NCBI GenBank assembly: GCA_963768055.1
Contig: CAVYGN010000002.1
Location: forward strand, 96,001-160,000
From: an uncultured Spirochaetota bacterium
GTDB taxonomy: Bacteria > Spirochaetota > Brevinematia > Brevinematales > JAOACQ01
Direction of reading: 5' to 3'
DNA length: 64,000 nt
Part shown: positions 38,810-49,721 of the stretch, in pieces
Position numbering within the stretch: position 1 is the first letter of the stretch
Layout of the letters: the number at the start of each line of letters is the position of its first letter
Program-made: the position numbers and the translations under genes
Notes under the pieces: generated by a model
Told to the model about the DNA's origin: nothing
Databases searched by the model: none
The model's input: the letters and a program-made list of their open reading frames with translations, nothing else

Positions 38810-39076
38810 ATGCCTGAAGAATCAAAAGAGAAATCAAGGACAGAGGAATTCAAGGTCAGCGGCGATAGCCTTCTTTCAAAAATAAGGGAAATCATTCATG
38901 AAGGCAATATCCGGCGTATTACGATAAAAAATGAGGAAGGTCAAAGCCTTATTGAGATTCCGCTTACTTTAGGCGTTATAGGCGCGGTTCTTCTGCCGGT
39001 CTGGGCCGCGATAGGAGCGATAGCCGCACTGGCGGTTAACTTCAGGATCGTTGTGGAAAAAGTTGAGGATAAGTAA
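38810..39076 (+). CDS. DUF4342 domain protein
   Basis: KIREIIHEGNIRRITIK...EIPLTLG...AAIGAIAAL. Confidence 0.85.
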   Translation: MPEESKEKSRTEEFKVSGDSLLSKIREIIHEGNIRRITIKNEEGQSLIEIPLTLGVIGAVLLPVWAAIGAIAALAVNFRIVVEKVEDK

Positions 39077-39083
39077 TTTGCAT

Positions 39084-40628
39084 TTATTTTTTATTTCTTC
39101 GCGCAAACTCATCAATATCCTCAAGGACCTTGTCGATTGACAGCGTGAATTCTTTTTTTTTGATTTCTAAAAGCAGATGCAGGCTGTAACGGCTCTCATT
39201 GAAAATATCTGTAATTTTCGAAAGTTCGCCGATATTCCCGGGAAGGTATTCTTTAAGCATGTCCATATATTCACGGGGTCCGTAATGCAGATAATAAGGC
39301 GTAACTGAGCGGCTCGCAGCCTCAATAAGTCTGATAAAATCTTTAATAATAATCTTAATCTCATCAAGCTTCTCATTGGTCAACTTAACATATTTCTCAA
39401 AAAAGGACAATAGCTGTTTTTCAATTTTCCTTGTCTTTTCAAGGTCCTTTTTTCTGTTTATTTTCCCGAACCCGAACATAGTAAGGATGAAATTCAGTAG
39501 AAATATAACAGCAGCGGCGGCTATATTGACAAAACCCGATATACGCATAAATCTTTTTATAAAAAAAGAAACCCACGCCGGTCTTTTTTTATTCCTGAAA
39601 ATTATTAATAGAACGAGGCCTATAACCGACGCTATCAAATATAACGCGATATAGGCTGCAAAGGCTAACAAAAGATACTTTATGAATAACTGGCCTGTGT
39701 TCCATATTTCCCCCGAGAGTTTATCAACAGAAGAATCGACGGCTGGCGACGGGGTGATATTTGCGACGGAGGACCCCGGCTGTGAAAGATTAATTGAGAG
39801 AAGTAAGAAAATTTTATTAAGGGCTTTAGTCAGCCAAACGGATGAAAAGACCGAGAAATTCCATGGGATAGCCAGAGAGACAATTATCAGGAAGACAGGA
39901 AGGATTGATATTATCCTGTTCCAGTTTTTAATGATAGCGCCCTTGATGCCGTAGCCCAGAAGTTTCCATTGAAGCACTGATGATAATTGAAACAGGACAA
40001 GATAAACCCCAAACCCGCCGAAACCAAGGCAAAGCAGGAAAAGCGATTGAAACCACCTGGTCTCAGGATTTTTCGCCACCGATATAAACGATACGATAAG
40101 GAGAATAAAAGCGGTATTAGTAATAAGTTTGACAAACCAGACAGGTTCTATTTTCTCATTCCTAACATCTATCCTGCCTTCGGCCCATCCCCTGAATTTT
40201 TCCTGGGAGGTAAAGCTGCTCTCACATTCCAATATCGAGTATAACCGGTCGAATCCCCTTTTTATCGAGTTCAAATATGCCCTCTGGATCATGTACAACC
40301 CGAAAACCACCAAAAGGAGCTGAATATCGCTGAAAACCGGTATATGCAGGAACGGGAGGATGAGCTTGATAAAATACTGTACTGAAAAGAAAGATCCTGA
40401 AAATAGCACGAGGGTCAGCAGAATTTTTAGAACTGAGCTTATGCGGTCGCTAAAATAAATCAGCACTACAAAAGCCCCGGCAAAAAAGATAATAATATTC
40501 ATCCACAATGCCGCGCCCGCAAAATTCGTTAAAAAAAAGCTCATGAATGAATAAAACAGGATACCGGAAATACCTGTCAGGACCAGAAAGAGATAAACCG
40601 CAAACAGCCTCCTGCTCCAGGAGAACAT
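39084..40628 (-). CDS. Multi-pass membrane protein with C-terminal DUF4129-like domain
   Basis: Many TMs; C-terminal PREY...ITDIFNESRYS; third gene of the MoxR-DUF58 operon. Confidence 0.65.
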   Translation of the reverse strand: MFSWSRRLFAVYLFLVLTGISGILFYSFMSFFLTNFAGAALWMNIIIFFAGAFVVLIYFSDRISSVLKILLTLVLFSGSFFSVQYFIKLILPFLHIPVFSDIQLLLVVFGLYMIQRAYLNSIKRGFDRLYSILECESSFTSQEKFRGWAEGRIDVRNEKIEPVWFVKLITNTAFILLIVSFISVAKNPETRWFQSLFLLCLGFGGFGVYLVLFQLSSVLQWKLLGYGIKGAIIKNWNRIISILPVFLIIVSLAIPWNFSVFSSVWLTKALNKIFLLLSINLSQPGSSVANITPSPAVDSSVDKLSGEIWNTGQLFIKYLLLAFAAYIALYLIASVIGLVLLIIFRNKKRPAWVSFFIKRFMRISGFVNIAAAAVIFLLNFILTMFGFGKINRKKDLEKTRKIEKQLLSFFEKYVKLTNEKLDEIKIIIKDFIRLIEAASRSVTPYYLHYGPREYMDMLKEYLPGNIGELSKITDIFNESRYSLHLLLEIKKKEFTLSIDKVLEDIDEFARRNKK

Positions 40629-40640
40629 AAGCTTCCCCTC

Positions 40641-41819
40641 CTATAACCGGTACAAATTTATCAAATCGGCCTGTCCTTCCGCATAGAAACTCTGAAACCC
40701 TATGTTCCAAAGACTCAGCTCATGCCTTATTTCAGGCCCCGCGTTAATTATATTTATCGAATGTCCCCTTTTCTGAAGATCCATTAATCTTCCGAGGGAT
40801 TCCTGATCCAGTTTTGTCGTTATCAGGTATACGGACAATCCCCATCTAATATTCTTAAGTTTTTCAAATACCGATTTCAAGGGTATGGTCCTGCTGGAAT
40901 CTATTACAGCCAGGTCGGTCAGAAGGGAGATCAAATGATTTTCAGATTTCCCTTCCGGGGTCGCAAGAACAGTTTCAATACCGTTTTTTGAGCAATTGAC
41001 TACGAGGCCGAATGATTGTTTCATTTCATAGAGTTCGTTAAAAAGGGAAGCGCATGTTTCTATCAGCTTGCCTACATAGTAATCTTTTTCCCTGAAGTTG
41101 AAATCCTGTTCAAACAGGTTCAACAGGACCAGGCTGTTCGAGGATATGGAATGCTGATAGGTATTTATATAAAATTTATTGTGCCTCGCGGAGATTTTCC
41201 AGTTAATTTTCTTGACATCGTCCCCATGTTCATATTCCCTTACGCCGGTTATTATGGACGGGTCCTCGTAAATAGGCACCCTGTTTTTAATGATACCCTG
41301 GGGCTGGAGGCTCTTGAAGATTAGTTGAGGAATTTTATATATCCGGGGAAGAACGATAACTTCCCGGGTCGTATCGATTTCCACGCTGAATGAAAACAGT
41401 CCGATCAAGTCGCGAAACGATATCTTTGTCGGGCCTATAATATACCTGCCTCGTTTCCTTCCATAAAGCGTGTAATCAAAATCCTCTCTTCCCCCTCCTT
41501 TAATAGAGGTTAAAAAAGTATGGCTCTGCATAGCGCTGACCTGCAGATCGGTATAATCGATTATAAGGAGCGCATGATAGGGCAGGAAAGATCTATTATA
41601 GGCGGATAATAAACTTTCATCATTTATCCCTGTAAATATTACCGAGTTTTCCGATTTTCTTTCAATCACGATATTGGCCCGGACAATCCTCGAATATATA
41701 TAATTCAGAAGGATAAGTATAATACTTCCATATAAAATGATCTTTACACCCGGATAATCGATAAACAGGAAATTTGCTGAAATCAAAATGATAAGAATTA
41801 CCGCTCTTCCCGCGGTCAC
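40641..41819 (-). CDS. DUF58 domain protein
   Basis: KRGRYIIGP, DLIGLF, GVREYEHGDDVKKINWKISAR. Confidence 0.9.
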   Translation of the reverse strand: MTAGRAVILIILISANFLFIDYPGVKIILYGSIILILLNYIYSRIVRANIVIERKSENSVIFTGINDESLLSAYNRSFLPYHALLIIDYTDLQVSAMQSHTFLTSIKGGGREDFDYTLYGRKRGRYIIGPTKISFRDLIGLFSFSVEIDTTREVIVLPRIYKIPQLIFKSLQPQGIIKNRVPIYEDPSIITGVREYEHGDDVKKINWKISARHNKFYINTYQHSISSNSLVLLNLFEQDFNFREKDYYVGKLIETCASLFNELYEMKQSFGLVVNCSKNGIETVLATPEGKSENHLISLLTDLAVIDSSRTIPLKSVFEKLKNIRWGLSVYLITTKLDQESLGRLMDLQKRGHSINIINAGPEIRHELSLWNIGFQSFYAEGQADLINLYRL

Positions 41820-42781
41820 CTGGCCGCCCTGTTATCCGCCTGAAGCGGGACCGGTATATTGGCGAGAATTTTTTCGATAATATTTTCAGCCTTGAGATTT
41901 TTCAATTTCGATTCCGAGCGCATGATTATACGGTGCTTGAGAATTTCAACCGCCATGGCCTTTATATCTTCGGGTATGACAAAATCCCTGCCGTTTAAAG
42001 CCGCGAAAGCCTGCGATGCCTTATAAAGGGCTATACTTCCGCGGGGAGAAGAACCAAGTTCAAGATTGGGGTCGTTCCTTGTATTGTTTACAATACTTAC
42101 GATATATTCCCTCAGGGAATTATCGACATGAATATTGTAGATAAGATTCTGGATTTGAATAATATCCCCGGTACTTACGACAGGCGTAAGCGAATAGATG
42201 GGGTGAGTTTTTGCTTGCATCATGATTATCTCTTCCTCTTCCTTGCCGGCCGGGTAACCTATCTTCAGGCTGACAAAAAATCTGTCCATTTGGGCTTCCG
42301 GAAGGGGAAAGGTCCCTTCAAACTCGATGGGGTTTTCTGTGGCGATAACAAAAAAAGGCTCGGGGAGAGGTATAGTCAAACCTTCTATCGAAACCTGCGA
42401 TTCTCCCATCGCTTCCAGCATTGCCGATTGGGTCTTCGGTGTCGCCCGGTTGACCTCGTCGACAAGAACTATCTGGGCGAAAATAGGGCCTTTGCGGTAT
42501 TCGAATTTTTTTGTTTCAGGATTATAGATTGAAACACCTATGATATCCATAGGAAGAAGATCGGGAGTGCCCTGAATTCTTTTAAAGGACGCGTCGATGG
42601 ATTTTGCGATGGACCTGGCAAGCATAGTCTTTCCCAGGCCCGGCACATCTTCAAGAAGTATATGCCCCCTGCAGTAAACTGTCACAAGCGCTTTTTCTAT
42701 TACCGGCCGTTTACCAACAATAACTTTCTCAATATTGGCTATGAGCTTTTCGGAGATGACCTGGATCTCTGAAAGTTCCAT
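41816..42781 (-). CDS. MoxR family AAA+ ATPase
   Basis: GHILLEDVPGLGKT, LVDEVNRATPKTQSAMLEAM, EGTFPLPEAQMDRF, SPRG. Confidence 0.95.
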   Translation of the reverse strand: MELSEIQVISEKLIANIEKVIVGKRPVIEKALVTVYCRGHILLEDVPGLGKTMLARSIAKSIDASFKRIQGTPDLLPMDIIGVSIYNPETKKFEYRKGPIFAQIVLVDEVNRATPKTQSAMLEAMGESQVSIEGLTIPLPEPFFVIATENPIEFEGTFPLPEAQMDRFFVSLKIGYPAGKEEEEIIMMQAKTHPIYSLTPVVSTGDIIQIQNLIYNIHVDNSLREYIVSIVNNTRNDPNLELGSSPRGSIALYKASQAFAALNGRDFVIPEDIKAMAVEILKHRIIMRSESKLKNLKAENIIEKILANIPVPLQADNRAAR

Positions 42782-42808
42782 TAGACCCTCCTGAGAGATA
42801 TTTTTCAG

Positions 42809-43054
42809 CTACTCGGTTATATCTTTTTTCATCCTATCGTATTCTTCTTTTGTGATCTCCCCTTTAGCGTATCGCTTTTTCAGTATATCAAGAGCGCTAT
42901 CCTGACGGCTATGATAAATTCCTCCGGCTGAGAAAAGCCTTATAAACAGGAAAACTATCAAGGCCATGAATATTATGCCTATGATCGGCCCTCCGAAGCC
43001 CCACCATCCCATCATGCCCGGCCAGCCATAGTGCCAGTAATTATTCCACATCAT
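42809..43054 (-). CDS. SHOCT domain membrane protein
   Basis: GMMGW, one TM, ALDILKKRYAKGEITKEEY. Confidence 0.85.
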   Translation of the reverse strand: MMWNNYWHYGWPGMMGWWGFGGPIIGIIFMALIVFLFIRLFSAGGIYHSRQDSALDILKKRYAKGEITKEEYDRMKKDITE

Positions 43055-43201
43055 ACAATCACCCCCTGTGATTTTGCCTATTATTATAATAATAACATGA
43101 TTTTTAAAAGGCAAAAAACGGGATAAGTTGAAGATAAAGCATTTTTATTGTATACTTTAACTTAATCTACAGTATATATGGTAATAATACAGGGAGAACT
43201 T

Positions 43202-43591
43202 ATGAAAATAAAATCATCGATGATTACGATGGCCACATTCCTGGTGCTGGCCGGGTGCGGGAGTCTTAACGTTGTTCCGGAAAAGGATCTATTGACCTAT
43301 TCCCCTAAAAAGGTTATGGAACTTGGAGCACAAAATTACAGCAACTACAATTTTGACGCGGCACTCTATTACTATAACGAAGTTGAAAAGATTTTCACAA
43401 ACGATGCGCCGGAAAACGTGGACGCTAGGGCATGGGCCTTATATGAAATCGGGTTTATAATGTATGTCCAGGGAAGATACGACGAGGCTGATAAATATTT
43501 TAATCAAGTCCTGACATTCAAACTTGTCAACCAGGCTCCTCTGGTTCTTGCTAACGAAATGAAGGATAAAATAAAAGCAATTAAAAAATAA
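43202..43591 (+). CDS. TPR lipoprotein
   Basis: Lipobox LAGC; WALYEIGF...GRYDEADKYFNQV. Confidence 0.75.
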   Translation: MKIKSSMITMATFLVLAGCGSLNVVPEKDLLTYSPKKVMELGAQNYSNYNFDAALYYYNEVEKIFTNDAPENVDARAWALYEIGFIMYVQGRYDEADKYFNQVLTFKLVNQAPLVLANEMKDKIKAIKK

Positions 43592-43630
43592 CCTTATGGG
43601 CTGTTTGCCCGAAGGGAGAAGCGCCCTTTT

Positions 43631-44395
43631 TTACATTGTAAAATCTCTGCCCAGGTAAATACGGCGCGCTTCCTTGTCTTTGATCAGTTCCTCCGACGTA
43701 CCGCTGACAAGGATTTTGCCTTCGTTGATTATATAAGCGCGGTCAGTGATTTTAAGGGTTTCACGTACATTGTGATCCGTGATCAGGATGCCGAGCTGCC
43801 GCTCTTTTTTTAATTGAAGTATTATATTCTGAATATCGGCTATCGCTATCGGATCTATCCCTGTGAAAGGTTCGTCGAGAAGCAGGAAGTCCGGTTTAAT
43901 GGATAATATTCTCGCAACCTCAGTCCTGCGTCTTTCCCCGCCTGACAGCGTATACGCTTTCTGAAATCTTATCTTTTCCAGACCCAGTTCGCTTACAAGG
44001 GAATCTACCATACTTTCGATTTCATCCTTATCCATTCCTTTGAGATCGAGGACGCTCCGAATGTTATCCTCGACGGACAGCTTCCTGAATATGGAATTTT
44101 CCTGGGGAAGGTACCCTATGCCCATAAGGGCCCTTTTAAACATCGGGAAACCGGCGATATTCTCTCCCTTAAGGAAAACCTTTCCTTCGTCAGGCCTGAT
44201 AAGTCCTACTATCATGTAAAACGTCGTTGTCTTTCCCGCGCCGTTGGGCCCAAGGAGGCCGACTATCTCACCCTGTTTGATATGAAATGAAACATCATTG
44301 ACCACTCTTCTTTTTTTATAAACCTTGACAAGGTTTTCTGCCGTTATACCCGTGGCTATATATTTTGCAGCATCCTCAGCCTGGAAAACTTTCAT
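43631..44395 (-). CDS. lptB: LPS export ABC transporter ATP-binding protein
   Basis: GPNGAGKTT, GYLPQE.SIFRKL, LSGGERRR, DEPF.G.DP, TDHNVRETL, YLG. Confidence 0.93.
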   Translation of the reverse strand: MKVFQAEDAAKYIATGITAENLVKVYKKRRVVNDVSFHIKQGEIVGLLGPNGAGKTTTFYMIVGLIRPDEGKVFLKGENIAGFPMFKRALMGIGYLPQENSIFRKLSVEDNIRSVLDLKGMDKDEIESMVDSLVSELGLEKIRFQKAYTLSGGERRRTEVARILSIKPDFLLLDEPFTGIDPIAIADIQNIILQLKKERQLGILITDHNVRETLKITDRAYIINEGKILVSGTSEELIKDKEARRIYLGRDFTM

Positions 44396-44398
44396 ACT

Positions 44399-45247
44399 CT
44401 ACCCCACGGTATACCGGATAATGCTCGATATAGTGTTTTTCAAATCCTTTCTCTCCGACACAATATCGAGGAAGCCATGATCAAGTAAAAATTCGGCGCG
44501 CTGGAAACCCTCGGGGAGTTTCTGCTTTATTGTCCCCTCGATCACCCTGGCCCCCGCAAAACCGATGAGAGCGTTTTTCTCGGCAATGTTGAAATCGCCA
44601 AGCATGGCAAATGACGCCATGACTCCGGCAGTAGTGGGATCGGTAAGGACAGATATGAAAAGCCCCCCGTTTTGCGATAGCCTTTTCAGGGCGGCTGAAG
44701 TTTTTACCATCTGCATCAGGGATAAAATCCCCTCATACATCCGGGCACCCCCGGAAGCGGCGACTATGACAAGCGGCCTTCTGTTTGACAAGGCCGATTC
44801 TATAGCCAGCGTGATTTTCTCGCCGACGACAAATCCCATGCTTCCGCCTAAAAAGGCAAAATCCATTACCGCTATGTCGATCAATCGGCCGTTTAGTTTA
44901 CCATAGCCGGTGATCACGGCCTCCTTCAGCTTTGTCTTTTCCATCTGTTTCTTTATCTTATCCCTATACGATGTATCGCCGTCATGAAAGTTGAGGGGAT
45001 CGCTCGATATAAGTTTTGCATTTGTTTCAACGAATGTTCCTGCATCGATCAGGGTCTGTATACGCTCCATTGCTGAGAGCTTGTCATGATAACCGCAATG
45101 GGGGCAGACATGAAAGTTCTCCTCCCATTCCTTATTGTATATTATAGCGCTGCAGCTTACACATTTTCTCCATAACCCCGCATTGATCTTTGCATGCAGA
45201 TTTTTTTTAACGATATATTTCGGTTTTTCAAACCAGGCCATAAGCAT
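44399..45247 (-). CDS. accD: Acetyl-CoA carboxylase carboxyltransferase beta subunit
   Basis: Zn finger CVSC..CPHC, FLGGSMG, SGGARM.EG..SLMQM, LPEGFQRAEFLL.HG. Confidence 0.95.
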   Translation of the reverse strand: MLMAWFEKPKYIVKKNLHAKINAGLWRKCVSCSAIIYNKEWEENFHVCPHCGYHDKLSAMERIQTLIDAGTFVETNAKLISSDPLNFHDGDTSYRDKIKKQMEKTKLKEAVITGYGKLNGRLIDIAVMDFAFLGGSMGFVVGEKITLAIESALSNRRPLVIVAASGGARMYEGILSLMQMVKTSAALKRLSQNGGLFISVLTDPTTAGVMASFAMLGDFNIAEKNALIGFAGARVIEGTIKQKLPEGFQRAEFLLDHGFLDIVSERKDLKNTISSIIRYTVG

Positions 45248-45265
45248 TTATCTCCCGGAGTAAGA

Positions 45266-46759
45266 TTATTTTTCTTCCCTGTAAACTTTAAAAGGTTTTT
45301 TATACTTATCGTAATCCTGGAGGACATTCAAAGCTTTCACAAGCTGATTATCATCCGACAGATCATAAACCGGAGGGATGGAATTCTCCGTTTTTTTCAT
45401 CCCGATCAGGTAGTTCAGGGATTTTTCACTGACATTGAAGCCTTTCGCAAGAAGTTCCTTCCTGAAACCCTTCAATTTTTCATCGGTAATATCGCCATTT
45501 TTAGACATAAAATCTTTAATAATATTTGTGTTCTCTAATTTTACGATTGCTGTTTTTTCATCGTCCCCGAGGGTTTCGTACCATAATTTTTCCGTGACAT
45601 TGGGAGTAAGCCCGATTTTATCTATACATATACCGGAAGGCGTATAATACCTCGCCACAGTATATTTAATCGTGGAACCGTCATCAGGGAATGTATAAGT
45701 TTTCTGGACCGACCCCTTCCCGAAGCTTTTCATTCCTACAAGGACTCCCCTGCCGGTGTCCTGCATCGCTCCTGCAAATATTTCGCTTGCGCTCGCGCTT
45801 CCCTGGTTGATTAATACGACCAGGGGCAGTTCCTTCGGTACGAATGTCAAATCTTTCTTCGCTGAGAATTCCTGATTGTTATCAGACACCCTGCCGCGGG
45901 TATATACGATGATCCCTTCATCTAAAAAGTAATTTACACAGTCTGCCACTACATTTAAGAGGCCGCCCGGGTTATTTCTCAGGTCAACGATGATTCCCGC
46001 GGGATTCTTCGCCAGTTCATCTTTTAGCTGTTTTTTAAATTCGTCGGCTGTCGGCACGCTGAATTCAAGCATCTTTATATATCCGTATTTTCTCTTTCCG
46101 AAATCAATGTAGTCGGACTTTACTGTTTTAAGCTTTATCTCCTCCCTCGTCATAGTGACTTTGAAGGGTTCCTCCACTCCCTCCCTCTGGAGAGTAATTG
46201 TCAATTTTGTGCCGATATTACCGCGAAGCTTGTCTACCGCGTCCTTGACCAATATTCCTTTTGTCGATACGCCTTCTATTTCAATAATTTTATCCCCGGG
46301 TTTTATACCTGCCCGCCAGGCCGGAGTATCTTCCATAGGGGAAACAACAGTCAGTTCTCCGTCCTTCATATCGATTTGAAGTCCAAGCCCTCCGAAACTC
46401 CCGGTAACATCAATGCTGAATTCCTTGGCAGTGGTGGGATCCATGAACATTGAATAAGGATCGTTAAGGTTTTCCATCATGCCTTTCAAAGCCCCATACC
46501 ACAGATTGCTGGAGCTGACCATTTTCTCATCATAAAATTCTTTTTTTATAACATTGTAGCTTTCTGAAAACATCCTGTAATATTTGAAATAACTATTCTC
46601 ATCGATGGTAAGAGAATTCTGGAGAGTATTCGTTCCGTAAGTATCTGCATATATTATATTCGAAGTAAGGAAAAGCTTGTTTAAAGTCAAAAGCCCGATA
46701 CCGAATATAGAACCCGAAATAAAAATAAGCAGAATATAGATCTTTTTTATCTGATTCAT
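45266..46759 (-). CDS. ctpA: S41A carboxy-terminal protease CtpA-type
   Basis: DPYS, FGGLG, PDZ, VDLRNNPGGLL, SASASEI, SFGKGSVQ, YYTPSG. Confidence 0.88.
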   Translation of the reverse strand: MNQIKKIYILLIFISGSIFGIGLLTLNKLFLTSNIIYADTYGTNTLQNSLTIDENSYFKYYRMFSESYNVIKKEFYDEKMVSSSNLWYGALKGMMENLNDPYSMFMDPTTAKEFSIDVTGSFGGLGLQIDMKDGELTVVSPMEDTPAWRAGIKPGDKIIEIEGVSTKGILVKDAVDKLRGNIGTKLTITLQREGVEEPFKVTMTREEIKLKTVKSDYIDFGKRKYGYIKMLEFSVPTADEFKKQLKDELAKNPAGIIVDLRNNPGGLLNVVADCVNYFLDEGIIVYTRGRVSDNNQEFSAKKDLTFVPKELPLVVLINQGSASASEIFAGAMQDTGRGVLVGMKSFGKGSVQKTYTFPDDGSTIKYTVARYYTPSGICIDKIGLTPNVTEKLWYETLGDDEKTAIVKLENTNIIKDFMSKNGDITDEKLKGFRKELLAKGFNVSEKSLNYLIGMKKTENSIPPVYDLSDDNQLVKALNVLQDYDKYKKPFKVYREEK

Positions 46760-47019
46760 GTCAATAACCTCTCTTTAACATAGGCAGAATACAACTTAGG
46801 GCACTTTTATATTATATTTTATTATCATTTTATCTACAATAAAAACTTCGGAAAGATTTCCGGTACCGGGGCTATACTTTTCAGCCTAAAACTTTCAAAA
46901 AAGCAAATAATATGATATTCTTAATGGTCAGACCTGCGGGATAATACATTAATGATAATTGTTTTGCAAATATCGGCGGTTATTCCGGACAATAAAAAGA
47001 ATAAAGGAGTCATTAATAT

Positions 47020-49698
47020 ATGGATCTCTTGAGAAAATTAATAAATCTGATTTTCGGTACAAAACAGCAAAGAGACGCTAAAAAAATGATCCCCATAGTC
47101 CAGGCGGTTAGTGAACTTGAAAATGAAATTTCAGCCCTTTCCAACGACAAGCTGATTGAAAAAACAGCCGATTTCAAAGCCAGGATCCTAAATAACGAAC
47201 CTCTTACAGATATTCTTCCCGAGGCTTATGCCGTAGTTCGCGAAGCATCTAAAAGAACTATCGGAATGAGACATTTCGATGTCCAGATAATGGGCGGTAT
47301 TTCATTGAACAACAACATGATCGCAGAGATGAAAACCGGCGAAGGCAAGACGCTTGTCGCTACCCTGCCTTTATACCTGAACGGACTAACGGGCAAAGGC
47401 TGCCACCTTATCACGGTAAACGATTACCTTGCCAAGAGGGACGCCCTATGGATGGGACCGATTTTCAAATTCCTGGGCCTTTCGGTAGGAGTCATAAACC
47501 ATGAAAAGTCCTACAAAGTGGAATGGTCGGATATTTCTGCATATAAGGTGCAGGTTTTTGAATGTTCCAGGCAGGAAGCTTACCGCGCTGACATAACGTA
47601 CGGCACGAATAACGAGTTCGGTTTCGATTATTTGAGAGATAACATGGTCTTCTCTTTCCAGCAGAAAGTTCAAAGAAAGCATTATTACGCAATAGTCGAT
47701 GAAGTGGATTCGATCCTGATTGACGAGGCGAGGACGCCTCTCATAATTTCGGGCCCTTCCGAAGAAGCTACCGATTTATATTACAAGATAGATAAATTCA
47801 TTCCAAGACTTACTGAAGCGGAGAAGAACGAAAAAAAGGAGCCGATCGAGGGTACGGGAGATTACGCGGTTGATGAAAAAGATAAAACCGCAGTCCTTAC
47901 CGAAATGGGAATCGAGAAAATTGAGAAGCTTCTTGGCATGAAAGATCTTTATTCGCCGAAAAACAGCATGATCGTTCATCATGTGATCGCGGGGATCAGG
48001 GCTCACAAACTGTACCAGAGGGATGTCGCTTATGTTGTGGAAAACAACGAAGTAGTTATCGTCGACGAATTTACAGGCAGAAAGATGCCGGGCAGGCGCT
48101 GGTCGGATGGACTTCACCAGGCCATAGAAGCTAAAGAAAGGGTCCAGATCAAGCAGGAATTCCAGACCCTGGCGACAATTACATTCCAAAATTATTTCAG
48201 GATGTACGAAAAGCTGGCCGGCATGACCGGTACGGCAGAAACCGAGGCGCAGGAATTTTACGCAATATATAAGCTGGATGTTGCCGTAATACCGACGAAC
48301 ATGCCGGTTGTGCGTACGGATAATGCAGACAAGATCTTCCTGAACGAAAACGCAAAATACAAAGCCATAATCCGGGATGTAGAAGAGAAGCATAAAAAAG
48401 GCCAGCCGATACTTCTCGGCACTATCTCGGTTGAAAAATCCGAAAAAATTTCAAGGCTTCTTGAACAGAAGAGAATCCGTCATAACGTTCTCAACGCTAA
48501 GTTCCATGAAAAAGAGGCCGAGATTATCGCTAACGCCGGTTTAAATGGGGCGGTAACTATAGCAACGAACATGGCCGGGCGAGGGACGGACATCAAACTT
48601 GGGGAGGGAGTCGTCGGACTCGGCGGGCTGCATGTTATTGGAAGCGAGCGTCATGAAGCGAGAAGAATCGATAATCAACTCCGCGGACGTACCGGACGAC
48701 AGGGCGATCCGGGTTCATCCCAGTTTTATGTGTCCCTTCAGGACGATCTTATGCGCATTTTCGGCATGGATAACCAGATGGGCCTCATGAAAAGTTTCGG
48801 TTTCAGCGAAGAAGATGAAATACAGAACAGGATGATATCCAGGGCGATCGAAGGGGCGCAGAAACGGGTCGAGGGCAGGAACTTTGAAATCCGGAAAAAC
48901 CTCCTCGAGTATGACAATGTCATGAATGAGCAACGATCGTATATTTATTCCATCAGGGATAAAATCATGGATGTGGCTAACAATTATTCCGTTATTGACG
49001 AACTTAACCGCACAATCGTAGAAGATTACGTAATAAATTTTGAGAAGCCGCAGAGGCCCGAGACCTGGAACAGGGAAGAATTGGATAAATGGTTTAAACA
49101 CCACTTCTTTACAGGGCTCGATCTTGATTTTTCAAAAGACGACCAGGGAACAGCCATTTCCAGAATTTGCGCAAAGATCAAAGGGCAGGTATGGGACCGG
49201 CTTTCGAACGTTCCGGAAGAGATAAGGGCTGAGGGATTCAAGTATGTGGTCCTGAATTCCCTCGATACTCAATGGAAACAGCATTTGAGAAATATCGATT
49301 CCCTGCAGGAGGGAATAGGACTTCGCGGTTATGCACAAAAAAACCCGATCGTTGAATACAAACTTGAAGCATACGATCTCTTCAGGGCTATGCGGTCCGG
49401 GTTCATGCTTGAGGCTTTTTCACTCATGTCCAGACTCGAGATCCATACAACCCTTGACACCGAAAGGGAAGAGGAAGTCTCCATTCCTACGCAAACAGTC
49501 CATAGCGAATACGATCAGTTCGGTTCTGTCAAAGGCGGTCAGGCCGCTCAAGTTTCCGATAAACCGCAGCCTTACAAGAGGAATGTAAAACTGGGAAGAA
49601 ACGATCCCTGCTGGTGCGGAAGCGGCAAAAAATATAAGTTTTGCCATATGGATGAGGATATGAGAAAAGAAAGGCATGCAATGTCAGCTAGAATGTAA
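47020..49698 (+). CDS. secA: Preprotein translocase ATPase SecA
   Basis: MKTGEGKT, DEVDSILIDEARTPLIISG, TNMAGRGTDI, C-terminal SEC-C GRNDPCWCGSGKKYKFCH. Confidence 0.99.
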   Translation: MDLLRKLINLIFGTKQQRDAKKMIPIVQAVSELENEISALSNDKLIEKTADFKARILNNEPLTDILPEAYAVVREASKRTIGMRHFDVQIMGGISLNNNMIAEMKTGEGKTLVATLPLYLNGLTGKGCHLITVNDYLAKRDALWMGPIFKFLGLSVGVINHEKSYKVEWSDISAYKVQVFECSRQEAYRADITYGTNNEFGFDYLRDNMVFSFQQKVQRKHYYAIVDEVDSILIDEARTPLIISGPSEEATDLYYKIDKFIPRLTEAEKNEKKEPIEGTGDYAVDEKDKTAVLTEMGIEKIEKLLGMKDLYSPKNSMIVHHVIAGIRAHKLYQRDVAYVVENNEVVIVDEFTGRKMPGRRWSDGLHQAIEAKERVQIKQEFQTLATITFQNYFRMYEKLAGMTGTAETEAQEFYAIYKLDVAVIPTNMPVVRTDNADKIFLNENAKYKAIIRDVEEKHKKGQPILLGTISVEKSEKISRLLEQKRIRHNVLNAKFHEKEAEIIANAGLNGAVTIATNMAGRGTDIKLGEGVVGLGGLHVIGSERHEARRIDNQLRGRTGRQGDPGSSQFYVSLQDDLMRIFGMDNQMGLMKSFGFSEEDEIQNRMISRAIEGAQKRVEGRNFEIRKNLLEYDNVMNEQRSYIYSIRDKIMDVANNYSVIDELNRTIVEDYVINFEKPQRPETWNREELDKWFKHHFFTGLDLDFSKDDQGTAISRICAKIKGQVWDRLSNVPEEIRAEGFKYVVLNSLDTQWKQHLRNIDSLQEGIGLRGYAQKNPIVEYKLEAYDLFRAMRSGFMLEAFSLMSRLEIHTTLDTEREEEVSIPTQTVHSEYDQFGSVKGGQAAQVSDKPQPYKRNVKLGRNDPCWCGSGKKYKFCHMDEDMRKERHAMSARM

Positions 49699-49721
49699 TT
49701 ATCTCACAGGAGAGGGTTTTT

